Notes: generated by a model not told the origin, from the letters alone. 64,000 nt of DNA from an uncultured virus (IMG/VR IMGVR_UViG_3300031566_000024) (IMGVR_UViG_3300031566_000024); one strand, 5' to 3'. Positions 1-9,258 are shown, numbered from the stretch's first letter. Program-made: numbers and translations.

Positions 1-153
1 AAAAATTTTTACGCTAATTACTACGGAAAAAGTATATCCATCTACCCCGGAACTTGAAAAAGAGTATAATTTCTATTTGGAACGTGTATGTTATATGCAG
101 GAACAAATTAACCGATTAATTAAAAAACTAAATAGGCCAAAAAGGAAAGACAA

Positions 154-693
154 GTGATAAAAGAAAAATATATTTGGTATGGTATAGACCAAATAGTATA
201 TAAAGATAATCGTTTTTACTGTGATATTTGCGGAACAATAGAACATAAACCAAATATACAGTTAGCTTTGCAAAGTATTGATAATATGCATAATAAAACA
301 TCTATTTTTTTTGGGTATAAAACTGTTACGTATATTGGTTATACTATAACCGTGTTTTCGCTACATGTGGATCTGCATGTAGATAATAATGTGTTATCTT
401 TTCCAGACATATCTGAGGCTATTGCTTGGGTGGATAGGATAAAAAAAGAAAAACAAGAAAAAAGAATACTGGAAATTTCACAAAAAGACGTAAAAGCGGC
501 CATAAGCGATGCATTAGAAAAAGTATTATTGAAAGGTGCAAGGGAAGCGAATGAAAAGACCGATAAAGTCTATCACGTAACGTCAGAACTTGAAACTACA
601 TATACAAATTATATTACAGAAAAAGATAAATTTGAAAAACATTTGAATACGCTTCTGGCCGAAATAAAAAAGAATGTAGAAGCTAACCAATGA
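154..693 (+). CDS. Hypothetical protein, partial paralog of the ORF starting at 63459
   Basis: 179-aa ORF with AGGA upstream; AIAWVDRIKKEKQEKRIL resembles CLDYIDMVEKKKQENRIL in the 63459 ORF. Confidence 0.75.
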   Translation: MIKEKYIWYGIDQIVYKDNRFYCDICGTIEHKPNIQLALQSIDNMHNKTSIFFGYKTVTYIGYTITVFSLHVDLHVDNNVLSFPDISEAIAWVDRIKKEKQEKRILEISQKDVKAAISDALEKVLLKGAREANEKTDKVYHVTSELETTYTNYITEKDKFEKHLNTLLAEIKKNVEANQ

Positions 694-742
694 TATTCAG
701 TAACGGATATCAGCAAACAGTAAAGGTGACTGGAGTTAAACA

Positions 743-991
743 ATGAGTACAGAATTTGATACTTTTATTTTTATAATGCTAAGAATAGATGAGGACGTAA
801 AAGCGTACCAATCCGAAAACGGCATAATATATTTTGATAAAGACGGTTTGTTTGTTCTGAGAGATATCATAAAAAACATATTAGATACGCTAATTGACGG
901 ACTTGCAAACACGGATTTAGCCGCGAGTCTCTTTCTTTCCGGATACGGCTTTAGATTACCAAAGAGGGATATGACAAATGAACAAGATTAA
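743..991 (+). CDS. Hypothetical protein
   Basis: GGAG RBS; overlaps next start. Confidence 0.7.
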   Translation: MSTEFDTFIFIMLRIDEDVKAYQSENGIIYFDKDGLFVLRDIIKNILDTLIDGLANTDLAASLFLSGYGFRLPKRDMTNEQD

Positions 992-1190
992 AGGTAGAGA
1001 CTATGGAGTGGGTAAATTTCAAAAACATCTGTATGGCAAACCACGTCATTTTAGATCAGACTACACACAGAAAAATAGCCCCTTCAAAGGTTGTTTTGGC
1101 CGGTGTAAATATTTAATCGTTAGACAACTACCAGTGTTAAAAAAAAATAATATATTACAATTATTCGTGGATTATGGACTGGAACGATAA
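978..1190 (+). CDS. Small basic hypothetical protein
   Basis: 70-aa ORF coupled to upstream gene; GAGGG upstream. Confidence 0.5.
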   Translation: MNKIKGRDYGVGKFQKHLYGKPRHFRSDYTQKNSPFKGCFGRCKYLIVRQLPVLKKNNILQLFVDYGLER

Positions 1191-1221
1191 AAAATAACAT
1201 GCAGAAAGGGAGCGTAAGAGG

Positions 1222-1578
1222 ATGATGAAAATGGAAAGATTTTACGGGATATTATATAGGGATTGCGAAGCAGTACAACGCGGAATGAAAGACTTTGCCA
1301 CAATAACGATTAAGGTCGACGCAATTGATGCTGTCGTTGAAGCGGTGCAAAATTATGATGTATTGTACCACATACAAAAGGCGGACGATTTGGACGTATG
1401 GGTAGCATTGCACATATATAAAGACCCCATCATGAAAGAAATTATACAACAACTACCGGACGATCCAAATACAGCATATGATCATTATACCAATGGCAAG
1501 GCATATGGGTACCGGTCGGATCAGATTTTTAATTTTATCCGGGAACTACAAATGTCAGGAAAGATAAGGAAACAATAA
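1222..1578 (+). CDS. Hypothetical protein
   Basis: 118-aa ORF; GGGAG/GAGG RBS. Confidence 0.75.
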   Translation: MMKMERFYGILYRDCEAVQRGMKDFATITIKVDAIDAVVEAVQNYDVLYHIQKADDLDVWVALHIYKDPIMKEIIQQLPDDPNTAYDHYTNGKAYGYRSDQIFNFIRELQMSGKIRKQ

Positions 1579-1749
1579 AGAAATATGCATGCTATGCGGG
1601 TAAAAATACAATACCTGTGTGAAAAAACAGTATACCACCAGTATACTTGCATAGCAAAATGTAGATGATAGTACTCATTATGTATACTTTTTCGCATAAT
1701 GAGTACTTTGACCATAAATTAAAAAATAAACAATAGAAGAGGGGTTAAA

Positions 1750-2874
1750 ATGAGATTAGAAAAATTCAAAAATGTATGGGATATCATAGTATTCTTTACA
1801 AGTATACCGATTATACTTGTGTTTACGTTCGGTATAATTCTTATGAGAATAGACGGACTGTCAAGATATGTCGTTAGTTTGGTGGTAATGGGCGCAGTGG
1901 GTATAACCTCTATCGAATATATTGTTGGTTTCATTGTAAGTAGTATAATAAAAGAAAGAAAAGCAAAAGAAAAAAACATAAAAGAATATAGTGAACAATA
2001 TGCAAAGATAATTAACCGTGCAGACACTACTAGCAATCCTTGTGGAGTAGTGAAAAAAAAACAAACAGACATATTGAAATACATTAAGAATTTCGCTGAT
2101 CATCAAAAAGTCATAATCCGGATAAGTACTGCTAGTCCATATATGGCAGACAGTGTTACCATGTTTATACAAAGCAAGGAAGAAAGACTTGATAAACCCG
2201 GATTATGTGCCACGTATCAACTCAATGGCGATAAACCCCTTGCGCAGTATCTACATGGTTTTTATGCTGCATATGTTGAACATAATCAATCACAAGAAAC
2301 GCGGGAAGGTGTTAATGTGGATCATAAGGCAGGCCATACACAACTGGTTTGTAGCAGTAAGGATTGTAATAATGTGTTTAAACATGGTGATGCTAATTGG
2401 GATAGTATACAATGGTGTGAGTTAACAAAAGCATTTCTATGTGTGGTGTGTTGTAACGAAACACACAGGCATGCTTCTATTAATATGTGTTGCGAATGTC
2501 GTGTGTTTGATGATGTTGAATATACAAAAGAAGAAGGCAGTGATTGTGGTAAGAAGGAAGAGCAGGAATATAAAGAAAAATACTGGAATAATGTTTACGC
2601 CACAATGGGAATTGGTGATCTTGCACGAGAAAGCAAACACAACAGAACTTGCTGTGTTTGCGCTTATAGTGTAGCTCCAAGCGAGAAAGATTACACTGAA
2701 TTTAGGTTTTGTAGTAGTAGAGATTCTACTATATGTCACAGCTGTTGTGATCATATATGTAACTTAATTGGTGATCGGGAGTGTCAAGACTGTACAGTGT
2801 TTAACAAAGCGGCTACACCCAAAACAACTAAAGAACGAAAAACATCCGTTGGCGGTAGAGTGGATGAGGGATAA
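1750..2874 (+). CDS. Membrane protein with two N-terminal TM helices and duplicated Cys-rich C-terminal domains
   Basis: Two hydrophobic segments, then two related CxxC..C..CxxCC..H..CxxC.VF blocks; GAGGGG RBS. Confidence 0.8.
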   Translation: MRLEKFKNVWDIIVFFTSIPIILVFTFGIILMRIDGLSRYVVSLVVMGAVGITSIEYIVGFIVSSIIKERKAKEKNIKEYSEQYAKIINRADTTSNPCGVVKKKQTDILKYIKNFADHQKVIIRISTASPYMADSVTMFIQSKEERLDKPGLCATYQLNGDKPLAQYLHGFYAAYVEHNQSQETREGVNVDHKAGHTQLVCSSKDCNNVFKHGDANWDSIQWCELTKAFLCVVCCNETHRHASINMCCECRVFDDVEYTKEEGSDCGKKEEQEYKEKYWNNVYATMGIGDLARESKHNRTCCVCAYSVAPSEKDYTEFRFCSSRDSTICHSCCDHICNLIGDRECQDCTVFNKAATPKTTKERKTSVGGRVDEG

Positions 2875-3043
2875 TTGAATTATCACCTATTAAGGGTTTG
2901 GCCTGGTTAACATAGTCACGTAATCACTCGGTATGAGTGATATAATTATATTTATTTTTGAATGATATGTATGGATCTGGGATGTTTGTTACATGTTCCG
3001 GATCTTTTTAGTTGGTACCATAAAATAATTATAAAAATAAATA

Positions 3044-3090
3044 AAAAACTTGTTGACAAAAACAAAGAACTGTATTATACTTAGTATAGT
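3044..3090 (+). promoter_or_regulatory. Strong sigma70-type promoter, conserved phage promoter family copy 1
   Basis: TTGACA 3053-3058, 17 bp, TATACT 3076-3081; 47 bp identical to the reverse complement of 14138-14184. Confidence 0.9.
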
Positions 3091-3130
3091 AAGGCAGTTA
3101 GCCCGAACAAATAACTTTAAGGTGGTACTT

Positions 3131-3361
3131 ATGGAAATTATACAAGTAACTAATGGTTGGGGAAGCAAATCAGATCAAGAGGGTATAGCAGTAGGTAGAA
3201 AATATTTTTACACCTATTACCTTAATAATAATGGAGAGTGGATTAAAAATGGAAAACATAAAATAAACAAAAACAAAGAATTAGTTAAAGCTTATCGGGA
3301 TAATGACAAGAGTGTATTGAAAGAAGAATGTAACAAAGAAAAATACTGGATAAATGACTAG
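3131..3361 (+). CDS. Hypothetical protein
   Basis: ATG follows AAGGTGGTACTT; the longer TTG start in the ORF track only translates the promoter. Confidence 0.75.
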   Translation: MEIIQVTNGWGSKSDQEGIAVGRKYFYTYYLNNNGEWIKNGKHKINKNKELVKAYRDNDKSVLKEECNKEKYWIND

Positions 3362-3402
3362 GAATATTTTTAGGTAAAATAAAAGAAATTAAGGTGGTAT
3401 GT

Positions 3403-3771
3403 ATGAACAAAGACAAACAGCAGTATGAATTTAAAGCACGTAGCAGCAGCACGGCAGTTCAAAAACAACGTGCTATATTAGATGATCGTGCGTATGACTG
3501 GTACTTTGATTTTGCGTTGGATTACATTGAAGTTAGTATAGATGTGCGAGGTTTAGACTTTTCATTCAAACCGGATGAAATGAGATTGTACATCAAAGCA
3601 AGGACTATGAACATCAAAGCAAGGACTATGATTCCTAATTCAAAAGAATGGTTTACGGTTGTATTTAAAAGCCTTAAGCAGTCCGGAATTATTAAACAAG
3701 TGTTGACTGGTAATGTACACGGTATTGTATATGACAATCCGTTTTTAGGGTACTTGCTGGCAAGTAGGTAG
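3403..3771 (+). CDS. Hypothetical protein with 7-aa tandem duplication
   Basis: AAGGTGG RBS; IKARTMN-IKARTMI. Confidence 0.75.
   Translation: MNKDKQQYEFKARSSSTAVQKQRAILDDRAYDWYFDFALDYIEVSIDVRGLDFSFKPDEMRLYIKARTMNIKARTMIPNSKEWFTVVFKSLKQSGIIKQVLTGNVHGIVYDNPFLGYLLASR
3590..3631 (+). repeat. Exact 21-bp tandem duplication (in frame)
   Basis: ACATCAAAGCAAGGACTATGA twice. Confidence 0.95.
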
Positions 3772-3803
3772 TAACAAAGGCGGTGTAAAAGCCGCCTTTG
3801 TTA
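3772..3803 (+). terminator. Hairpin, probable terminator or processing stem
   Basis: TAACAAAGGCGGT / GCCGCCTTTGTTA immediately after the stop codon. Confidence 0.6.
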
Positions 3804-3822
3804 TAATATATGGAGTAAAACA

Positions 3823-3990
3823 ATGACAGTAAATAAATGTAGCATCCGTGGCATACATTATTACACATACACAGGAAATAATGTATTTATTGCTGGTGAT
3901 CTGGTTGGTATATGCCACGGATGCTACACAACGAGAAAAGAAATACAACGAAAGTGGCTACGAAGAGCCAACATAAGGAAATATAAATGA
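3823..3990 (+). CDS. Small hypothetical protein (55 aa, not in ORF track)
   Basis: GGAG RBS, MTVNKCSIRG...; ATGA overlap with next gene. Confidence 0.6.
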   Translation: MTVNKCSIRGIHYYTYTGNNVFIAGDLVGICHGCYTTRKEIQRKWLRRANIRKYK

Positions 3991-4259
3991 AAAAGTTAAA
4001 ACCAATTAACGCGGCATTACAGTTTTTAAGCCGGTACGTGCAAAAAGGGGCGCCAAATAACCAATATTTTACAAAAAAGGCTTTATTTACTTACATGGAT
4101 GAACATGGGGTGAAAATCAACAAATTTGATAAATGTCTTATACTGCTTAACTTAGAGACAGCACATTTCATTGAATATGATGAACATTGTGACGCATTTC
4201 ATGTGGATATTGGCAGTAGCTTAGTTTGTGAAATTTTAAAAAAATATATTGTGTATTAG
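3987..4259 (+). CDS. Hypothetical protein, possibly winged-helix
   Basis: 90-aa ORF with AAGGA RBS; fold is a weak guess. Confidence 0.65.
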   Translation: MKKLKPINAALQFLSRYVQKGAPNNQYFTKKALFTYMDEHGVKINKFDKCLILLNLETAHFIEYDEHCDAFHVDIGSSLVCEILKKYIVY

Positions 4260-4269
4260 GAGTACAACA

Positions 4270-4500
4270 ATGAGTAGCAGTATCGAAATATCTGCGAAAC
4301 AATATGAGATACAGGGCAATGTGTATGATGCAAAGATAATAGTCAAGACAAATGAAATGACCCGTTTAGATCTAAACGGGTTGTCAGATGAACAGCTAAA
4401 AGAGGCGTTAATGACTGTTGATTTTGATCAACTAATGGATTTCATATCTAGCAATTATGATGAGGAATTCAAATCATATATTAATGATTTGGAAGATTAA
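4270..4500 (+). CDS. Small acidic hypothetical protein
   Basis: AGGAG RBS before ATG 4270; Asp/Glu-rich C-terminus. Confidence 0.7.
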   Translation: MSSSIEISAKQYEIQGNVYDAKIIVKTNEMTRLDLNGLSDEQLKEALMTVDFDQLMDFISSNYDEEFKSYINDLED

Positions 4501-4503
4501 CAC

Positions 4504-4534
4504 ATAACCAGGCAATAAACCTGGTTATTTTTTT
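4504..4534 (+). terminator. Intrinsic terminator
   Basis: ATAACCAGG / CCTGGTTAT stem followed by T run. Confidence 0.8.
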
Positions 4535-4543
4535 ATATATTTT

Positions 4544-4575
4544 TTGTTGACAAAAACAACTTATTGCAGTAATAT
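4544..4575 (+). promoter_or_regulatory. sigma70-type promoter (family variant)
   Basis: TTGTTGACAAAAACAA; TTGACA 4547-4552, 17 bp, TAATAT 4570-4575. Confidence 0.8.
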
Positions 4576-4605
4576 ACGTATATCAACATAATAGGAAGGT
4601 GAGGA

Positions 4606-5751
4606 ATGAAAGACTACAAATATATTAAGGTAAAAAATAAGTTTTATAAGCGGGTATATAGTACAAGACCACATCACAACAGGTGTGATGTATGCGATTT
4701 AGATTCGAAATGTATTAGTGGTGATATATATGGTTGCCAGGCTTATAATTATAAGCCTGGCAACACAGCTTGTTCATTCAAAGAAGTATTAGAATTGCCC
4801 GTTGGCGCCGTGATATGGTCATATGATGAAAATATGGCAATGATCTTTAAATCGGCAGTTGTTCAAAATTCGCAATGTAGGCATTGTCTTTTTGGCATTG
4901 CATCAAGAGCTGGGGTTTGTGATGTTCCATACGAACTAAATTGTGGTAACGTAAACGGTATTCATTTTGAACATCACAAACCACACAGAAACACAGAGCA
5001 GCTTTTAGCCATGGGTAAAGGGCACAATCAATCTAAGGCGTTTCGTCGGTATAGTGTTTATGATTGTATTTATGTAGGTCTGGACAAAAGCGACGGTGCC
5101 GACAGTACGGTAAATGATTTTGAACAGGCAATGAAGGATACCCAAGAAACATTGCAGCAGACGCACAAAAAGGCACTAAATACGGCATTTTTTAAGCTTG
5201 GCGGAAAAATATACGAAGAATGTAAAGATTGTGCTACCTGTCGTGATTGCGTTGCTGTTCATAGTGTGTCTCTATGTAAGATTTTGAAGGGAGTAAGGAA
5301 AAAATGCGGTACCTGTGGAACGGTGATCTTCAAACAGGTTAATACATTGCTGCCTGGTACAGTGCTATATGATTATGATACAGGGCGTTATTTGATTGTA
5401 ATGAAAGACACTGATAGGGGTCAACGTGTTACATGCTTTCCTGTATGTGTAGCAGCGAACGCAGATGGAAGTTGTACAACAGGGAAAAAATTTAATTGTG
5501 CCAATATACATTTTGCAATGTATACACAGGAGCAACCGAAAATTAAAGACCCTGCATATTATGTAATAAAAGACGGTGACAAATACTTTACGGGTGTATA
5601 TGGTGAACAACCAATGCATTTAGCACAGATACATTTTGCGCGGATATTTGATGACATTACGGTTGCACATAGAATGCTTACTGTGTACAAAACAGACAAT
5701 AAAAAATATACCGGCGCAATCCGAACGATTACAATTAGTGAAATAGATTAA
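4606..5751 (+). CDS. Cys-rich repeat protein (about four related modules)
   Basis: Repeated CxxC...C...C..F/H modules; N-terminus MKDYKYIK shared with 5809. Confidence 0.85.
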   Translation: MKDYKYIKVKNKFYKRVYSTRPHHNRCDVCDLDSKCISGDIYGCQAYNYKPGNTACSFKEVLELPVGAVIWSYDENMAMIFKSAVVQNSQCRHCLFGIASRAGVCDVPYELNCGNVNGIHFEHHKPHRNTEQLLAMGKGHNQSKAFRRYSVYDCIYVGLDKSDGADSTVNDFEQAMKDTQETLQQTHKKALNTAFFKLGGKIYEECKDCATCRDCVAVHSVSLCKILKGVRKKCGTCGTVIFKQVNTLLPGTVLYDYDTGRYLIVMKDTDRGQRVTCFPVCVAANADGSCTTGKKFNCANIHFAMYTQEQPKIKDPAYYVIKDGDKYFTGVYGEQPMHLAQIHFARIFDDITVAHRMLTVYKTDNKKYTGAIRTITISEID

Positions 5752-5755
5752 AAAG

Positions 5756-5787
5756 TTGTTGACAAAAACAAGTTAATGGATTATAAA
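5756..5787 (+). promoter_or_regulatory. sigma70-type promoter (family variant)
   Basis: TTGTTGACAAAAACAA; TTGACA 5759-5764, 17 bp, TATAAA. Confidence 0.75.
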
Positions 5788-5808
5788 TTAAGATAAAGGA
5801 GTAGAGAA

Positions 5809-6186
5809 ATGAAAGACTACAAATATATTAAATTTAAAAATAAATTTTATGAATGCATCCCAGGTCAATTGGAATGTGATAAAGATTGTGATTTACAAAA
5901 GATGTGTACGACGAGCGAGGCAATGGATGGTTGTTATGAAGATTGGAAAGACGAAGAGAGTTGCGTATTAAAGCAAATAACTCAAATCCCAATTGGTGCT
6001 GCGGTGTGGTCATATGATGAAAATAAAGCGATTGTTGTAGTAGTTGATATAAAAGATAAAACATGCGGTAGTTGTAGGCCGTGTGTGTATTATGGAAATT
6101 GTCCGTTTCCTGATGACAGACATTGTTATGTCTATAACCGAAAAGGCTATCGAGCCTCGCATTTTGAAGTGTATAAATTAGGATAA
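5809..6186 (+). CDS. Cys-rich protein, paralog of the 4606 N-terminal half
   Basis: MKDYKYIK.KNKFY and P.GA..WSYDEN.A shared with 4606. Confidence 0.85.
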   Translation: MKDYKYIKFKNKFYECIPGQLECDKDCDLQKMCTTSEAMDGCYEDWKDEESCVLKQITQIPIGAAVWSYDENKAIVVVVDIKDKTCGSCRPCVYYGNCPFPDDRHCYVYNRKGYRASHFEVYKLG

Positions 6187-6198
6187 AGGGGGTAAATA

Positions 6199-6447
6199 AT
6201 GAGAATGCGGAAGATAAATTTTTCAAGATTTTATGGCAGCGACATAAAAAATGCTTATAGAGGCAGTGAACCAATTGATTACATATTATTGCACGAAATT
6301 GCAGCAGAGGATATTGGCTGCCTTAAATGTGGCGGTGATAATTTTGTTTGGGACTGTGTAAGACAAGATGGTTGTATTGAATTTACATGTCGCGAATGTG
6401 GTTGTGTTGCAAAGTTGGAATGGCATGTAAAGTGGAGTCAAAAATGA
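6199..6447 (+). CDS. Zinc-ribbon protein
   Basis: CLKCG ... CRECG. Confidence 0.7.
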   Translation: MRMRKINFSRFYGSDIKNAYRGSEPIDYILLHEIAAEDIGCLKCGGDNFVWDCVRQDGCIEFTCRECGCVAKLEWHVKWSQK

Positions 6448-6527
6448 ATAAATGAACAGATATTCCATGGTTAATAAGGCAAAATAACACAAACATAGTT
6501 TGTGAATATATATTTATAGGAGATAAA

Positions 6528-7184
6528 ATGAGAAAGATGATTTTTTTAGTGCTGCTTTTGGCACTGCTTACAACAGGGATTAACGCAATTGGACTTATGC
6601 AGTACGAGCAAACAATTATACAGGATAATGTCAGAGCGTCTTGCGCGGCCTCTTCGATACTGGTAGTGTATAGTGAAATATTCGGTACACCTCTTGACCC
6701 GTCATTAGAACAGTATGTGCACGAGAGAGTGTATACACCGGGACTGGGAGCAATGGCTACAGACATGTTTAATTTTCTTCAAACGCATTGGCAAATGGCC
6801 GGACGCGTCAAGATTATCACATATAAGCAATATAATTTTGATGCTGTGACAGCCGAGCTCAAACCAATTTATGAGGCCGTCTTCACACAGGAAGAAGCGC
6901 GGCTTTTTGAGCTGCAAAAAAAGTATCAAAAAGAAATTAAAATCTATGATGGTGCGCCGAATATTAAGGAGTTTGTTGATTACATTTTGACAACGCCTGC
7001 TGCAAAATCAATTAACTTAATTGTTGTGAACAACCAAATATTGCATTGGGTACTGATAAGAGGGATTGACGGTTTCATTGCAGTTATGGACCCGCTAACG
7101 GGTGAAAACACACTATATACCCCGGATCAATATGTGAAAGAATTTAAGCTGGTGACAACAGGAATATCGATTGAAGTGTTATAA
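6528..7184 (+). CDS. Secreted papain-like (C39-like) cysteine peptidase
   Basis: Signal peptide MRKMIFLVLLLALLTTGINA; Q..SCAASS, HWVLIRG and VMDP give a Cys-His-Asp layout. Confidence 0.7.
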   Translation: MRKMIFLVLLLALLTTGINAIGLMQYEQTIIQDNVRASCAASSILVVYSEIFGTPLDPSLEQYVHERVYTPGLGAMATDMFNFLQTHWQMAGRVKIITYKQYNFDAVTAELKPIYEAVFTQEEARLFELQKKYQKEIKIYDGAPNIKEFVDYILTTPAAKSINLIVVNNQILHWVLIRGIDGFIAVMDPLTGENTLYTPDQYVKEFKLVTTGISIEVL

Positions 7185-7234
7185 ATAAGTGTTAAGTGAC
7201 CATAATTAAACACAGCATTAAATGAACAATACAG

Positions 7235-7304
7235 GGGGTAAATTAAACAAACGGTACAAAAAGTGGTATGTAACCCATACATATGTACACGTTTAATTTA
7301 CCCC
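7235..7304. repeat. 14-bp perfect inverted repeat enclosing nested hairpins
   Basis: GGGGTAAATTAAAC 7235-7248 / GTTTAATTTACCCC 7291-7304. Confidence 0.85.
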
Positions 7305-7649
7305 TTTTTAGTGTAAATGAGAGGAGGGTATAAATGGGTAAATGTAAAGATTGTAAAAAATGGTGGTACTGCTCTGTTTTTTATTTTACAAGCTTTGTCA
7401 CTTATATTGTGAATACATTAGACAGGATAACGGAAGGACTTAAAAAAACTTATAGAAGAAAATAAAGAAAAGAAGAAAGGAGAATAAAAAGAATTGTCGA
7501 ACACGTCAAATGAAAAAAGTGGTAAATATTATGAATGTATACCAGCGCAAGAGAGGGTGTATGTAGATAAGTGGTGCCTTGTGATATTCAAAAACTATCA
7601 AGGCACCACACACATAAAAGAATTTAAATTATTAAATAAGGAGTGGTAA

Positions 7650-7883
7650 ATGTTTATAGAATTAACGGTAGCAGTAATTTTTGTTGGAATTAGGGACCAA
7701 CCTATATACGTCAATGTAAATAATATTACAACAATAGAACCCTGCATCACTGTAGATAGTGATGCAGTATGGGGTAGTACTGTAACTTGTGGGAGTGGGA
7801 ACCATTTTACGGTAAAAGAAAAATATGAAGAAATTAAGAAAATGATTAACAACGTATTAATAGGAGTACACAATGACGTATAA
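7650..7883 (+). CDS. FlbD/SwrD-like small protein
   Basis: IELT..IYVNVNNITTIEP..STVT..G.HFTVKEKYEEI resembles the FlbD family pattern. Confidence 0.55.
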   Translation: MFIELTVAVIFVGIRDQPIYVNVNNITTIEPCITVDSDAVWGSTVTCGSGNHFTVKEKYEEIKKMINNVLIGVHNDV

Positions 7884-8511
7884 AAAAGCCCAAATACAGA
7901 CACCAATAGGTGCGAAAGAAGCTTATGACGTGCAGCAATTACATTATATTGATAATATTGAGCCCTACTTACGTGATGATGGCAAATACGATTTCCCGCT
8001 TAACATATTGTTCAAATATGAGAATGCAATATATCAAGTAGCGGAGGGTTATCTTTGTATGCAGTGTGATATGGAGAAATGTAAAAACTTTTGGTGTTCA
8101 AGCGTACACCGTTCGGATGCAACGTATGCATGGTATAAAAAAATATGTGACATACCAAAAACCCACACAAAAGAGCAAGTGGATAAAAAATCAATCACTG
8201 CCGCCGACCAACGAAATGAAATGAAGAAGTTTGTAAATATTAATTACAAATTGAAAACAACACAGAAAAAAATCAAGACATTAACAGAGCTAAACAAGCC
8301 ATACCAGGATAACAGCCTACCACACTTCAAAAATGCACCCTTCAACGAGATTATACGTAGCAGGTTGCAACTATGTGATCATTTACTATTCTTTCAATTT
8401 GGACAGCATATACAAGCCGTAATCAAAGATAATCAAATTATTGAAGTTCGTTTTACCAAATCCAATGAAAAAATTATTACTTTTCCACTTGACAATGAGA
8501 AAAATAAGTAG
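7873..8511 (+). CDS. Hypothetical protein with one Cys-rich module
   Basis: FKYENAIYQV..CMQCD..C..WCS...RSD resembles the modules of 4606; AGGAG RBS. Confidence 0.75.
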   Translation: MTYKKAQIQTPIGAKEAYDVQQLHYIDNIEPYLRDDGKYDFPLNILFKYENAIYQVAEGYLCMQCDMEKCKNFWCSSVHRSDATYAWYKKICDIPKTHTKEQVDKKSITAADQRNEMKKFVNINYKLKTTQKKIKTLTELNKPYQDNSLPHFKNAPFNEIIRSRLQLCDHLLFFQFGQHIQAVIKDNQIIEVRFTKSNEKIITFPLDNEKNK

Positions 8512-8580
8512 TACTGTAGTAATACTTTAATACTACTAATATTAATACTTACCTTTCCAAAATCCTAAAAATCCTTATGT

Positions 8581-8630
8581 AAAAGCTTTTCCGGTATTTC
8601 CTAATTTAACCGGAAAAGCTTTTTATTTTA
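8581..8630 (+). terminator. Intrinsic terminator
   Basis: 15-bp inverted repeat AAAAGCTTTTCCGGT / ACCGGAAAAGCTTTT plus T-rich tail. Confidence 0.8.
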
Positions 8631-8635
8631 TTTCA

Positions 8636-8686
8636 AACAATTATTTAAATAATTGTTGACAAAAACAAAGAACTGTATTATACTTA
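8636..8686 (+). promoter_or_regulatory. Conserved promoter copy with overlapping 22-bp palindrome
   Basis: 34 bp identical to copy 1 (TTGACA 8656-8661, TATACT 8679-8684); AACAATTATTTAAATAATTGTT 8636-8657 overlaps the -35. Confidence 0.88.
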
Positions 8687-8737
8687 AAGTAACCGGTTGT
8701 TAACCGTATTTATTTACTTTTTTTTGAGGTGGTACTT

Positions 8738-9235
8738 ATGACTTATGCAGATTATACAGAGCAAACAAACAAAGTTGATACATATTATACTTATTGTCCG
8801 AAATGTGGAAATTTCGATATAATAGAAAGTGTTAGTAATAACCCTGTTAGTTTCACATGTGAATGTGGTTGTGAAACTGTTGAAGCGGCAATTTGTCAAG
8901 AGTGCGATGGTTTGTACATCGTCGGTGAGGGTCTTTGTTGTGAACCGAGTGAATTACCAGTCATTGAAAACTGGCTTTTTGATGATGGTATCCCTGGTTA
9001 CACCGTTGCATTCAACACGATAAAAACCGAAGTGAAATTTGATAAAGTTAGTGTATTTATGGCCCGTGCAAAAAAAACTGATCCGATACAATTTGATTAC
9101 GAAAGTATGTCGGTTTTTTTTGCAAAAGAACTGTACATAACTGTGGACATGGGTTATTATGTAGCCGAAAAACTCGCCGAAAGTATGGGTATAAGACAAC
9201 TGGAAAGACTTCGACTAACTAAGTTTGACAATTAA
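8738..9235 (+). CDS. Zinc-ribbon hypothetical protein
   Basis: GAGGTGGTACTTATG start; CPKCG, CECGC, CQEC, CC. Confidence 0.8.
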   Translation: MTYADYTEQTNKVDTYYTYCPKCGNFDIIESVSNNPVSFTCECGCETVEAAICQECDGLYIVGEGLCCEPSELPVIENWLFDDGIPGYTVAFNTIKTEVKFDKVSVFMARAKKTDPIQFDYESMSVFFAKELYITVDMGYYVAEKLAESMGIRQLERLRLTKFDN

Positions 9236-9258
9236 TCAGTACCACCTGATTTATATAT

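Noticed and set aside
3050..3130. Shared N-terminus MLTKTKNCIILSIVR in ORFs 3050 and 14178
   Set aside because: Artefact of translating the repeated promoter; real starts are 3131 and 14115
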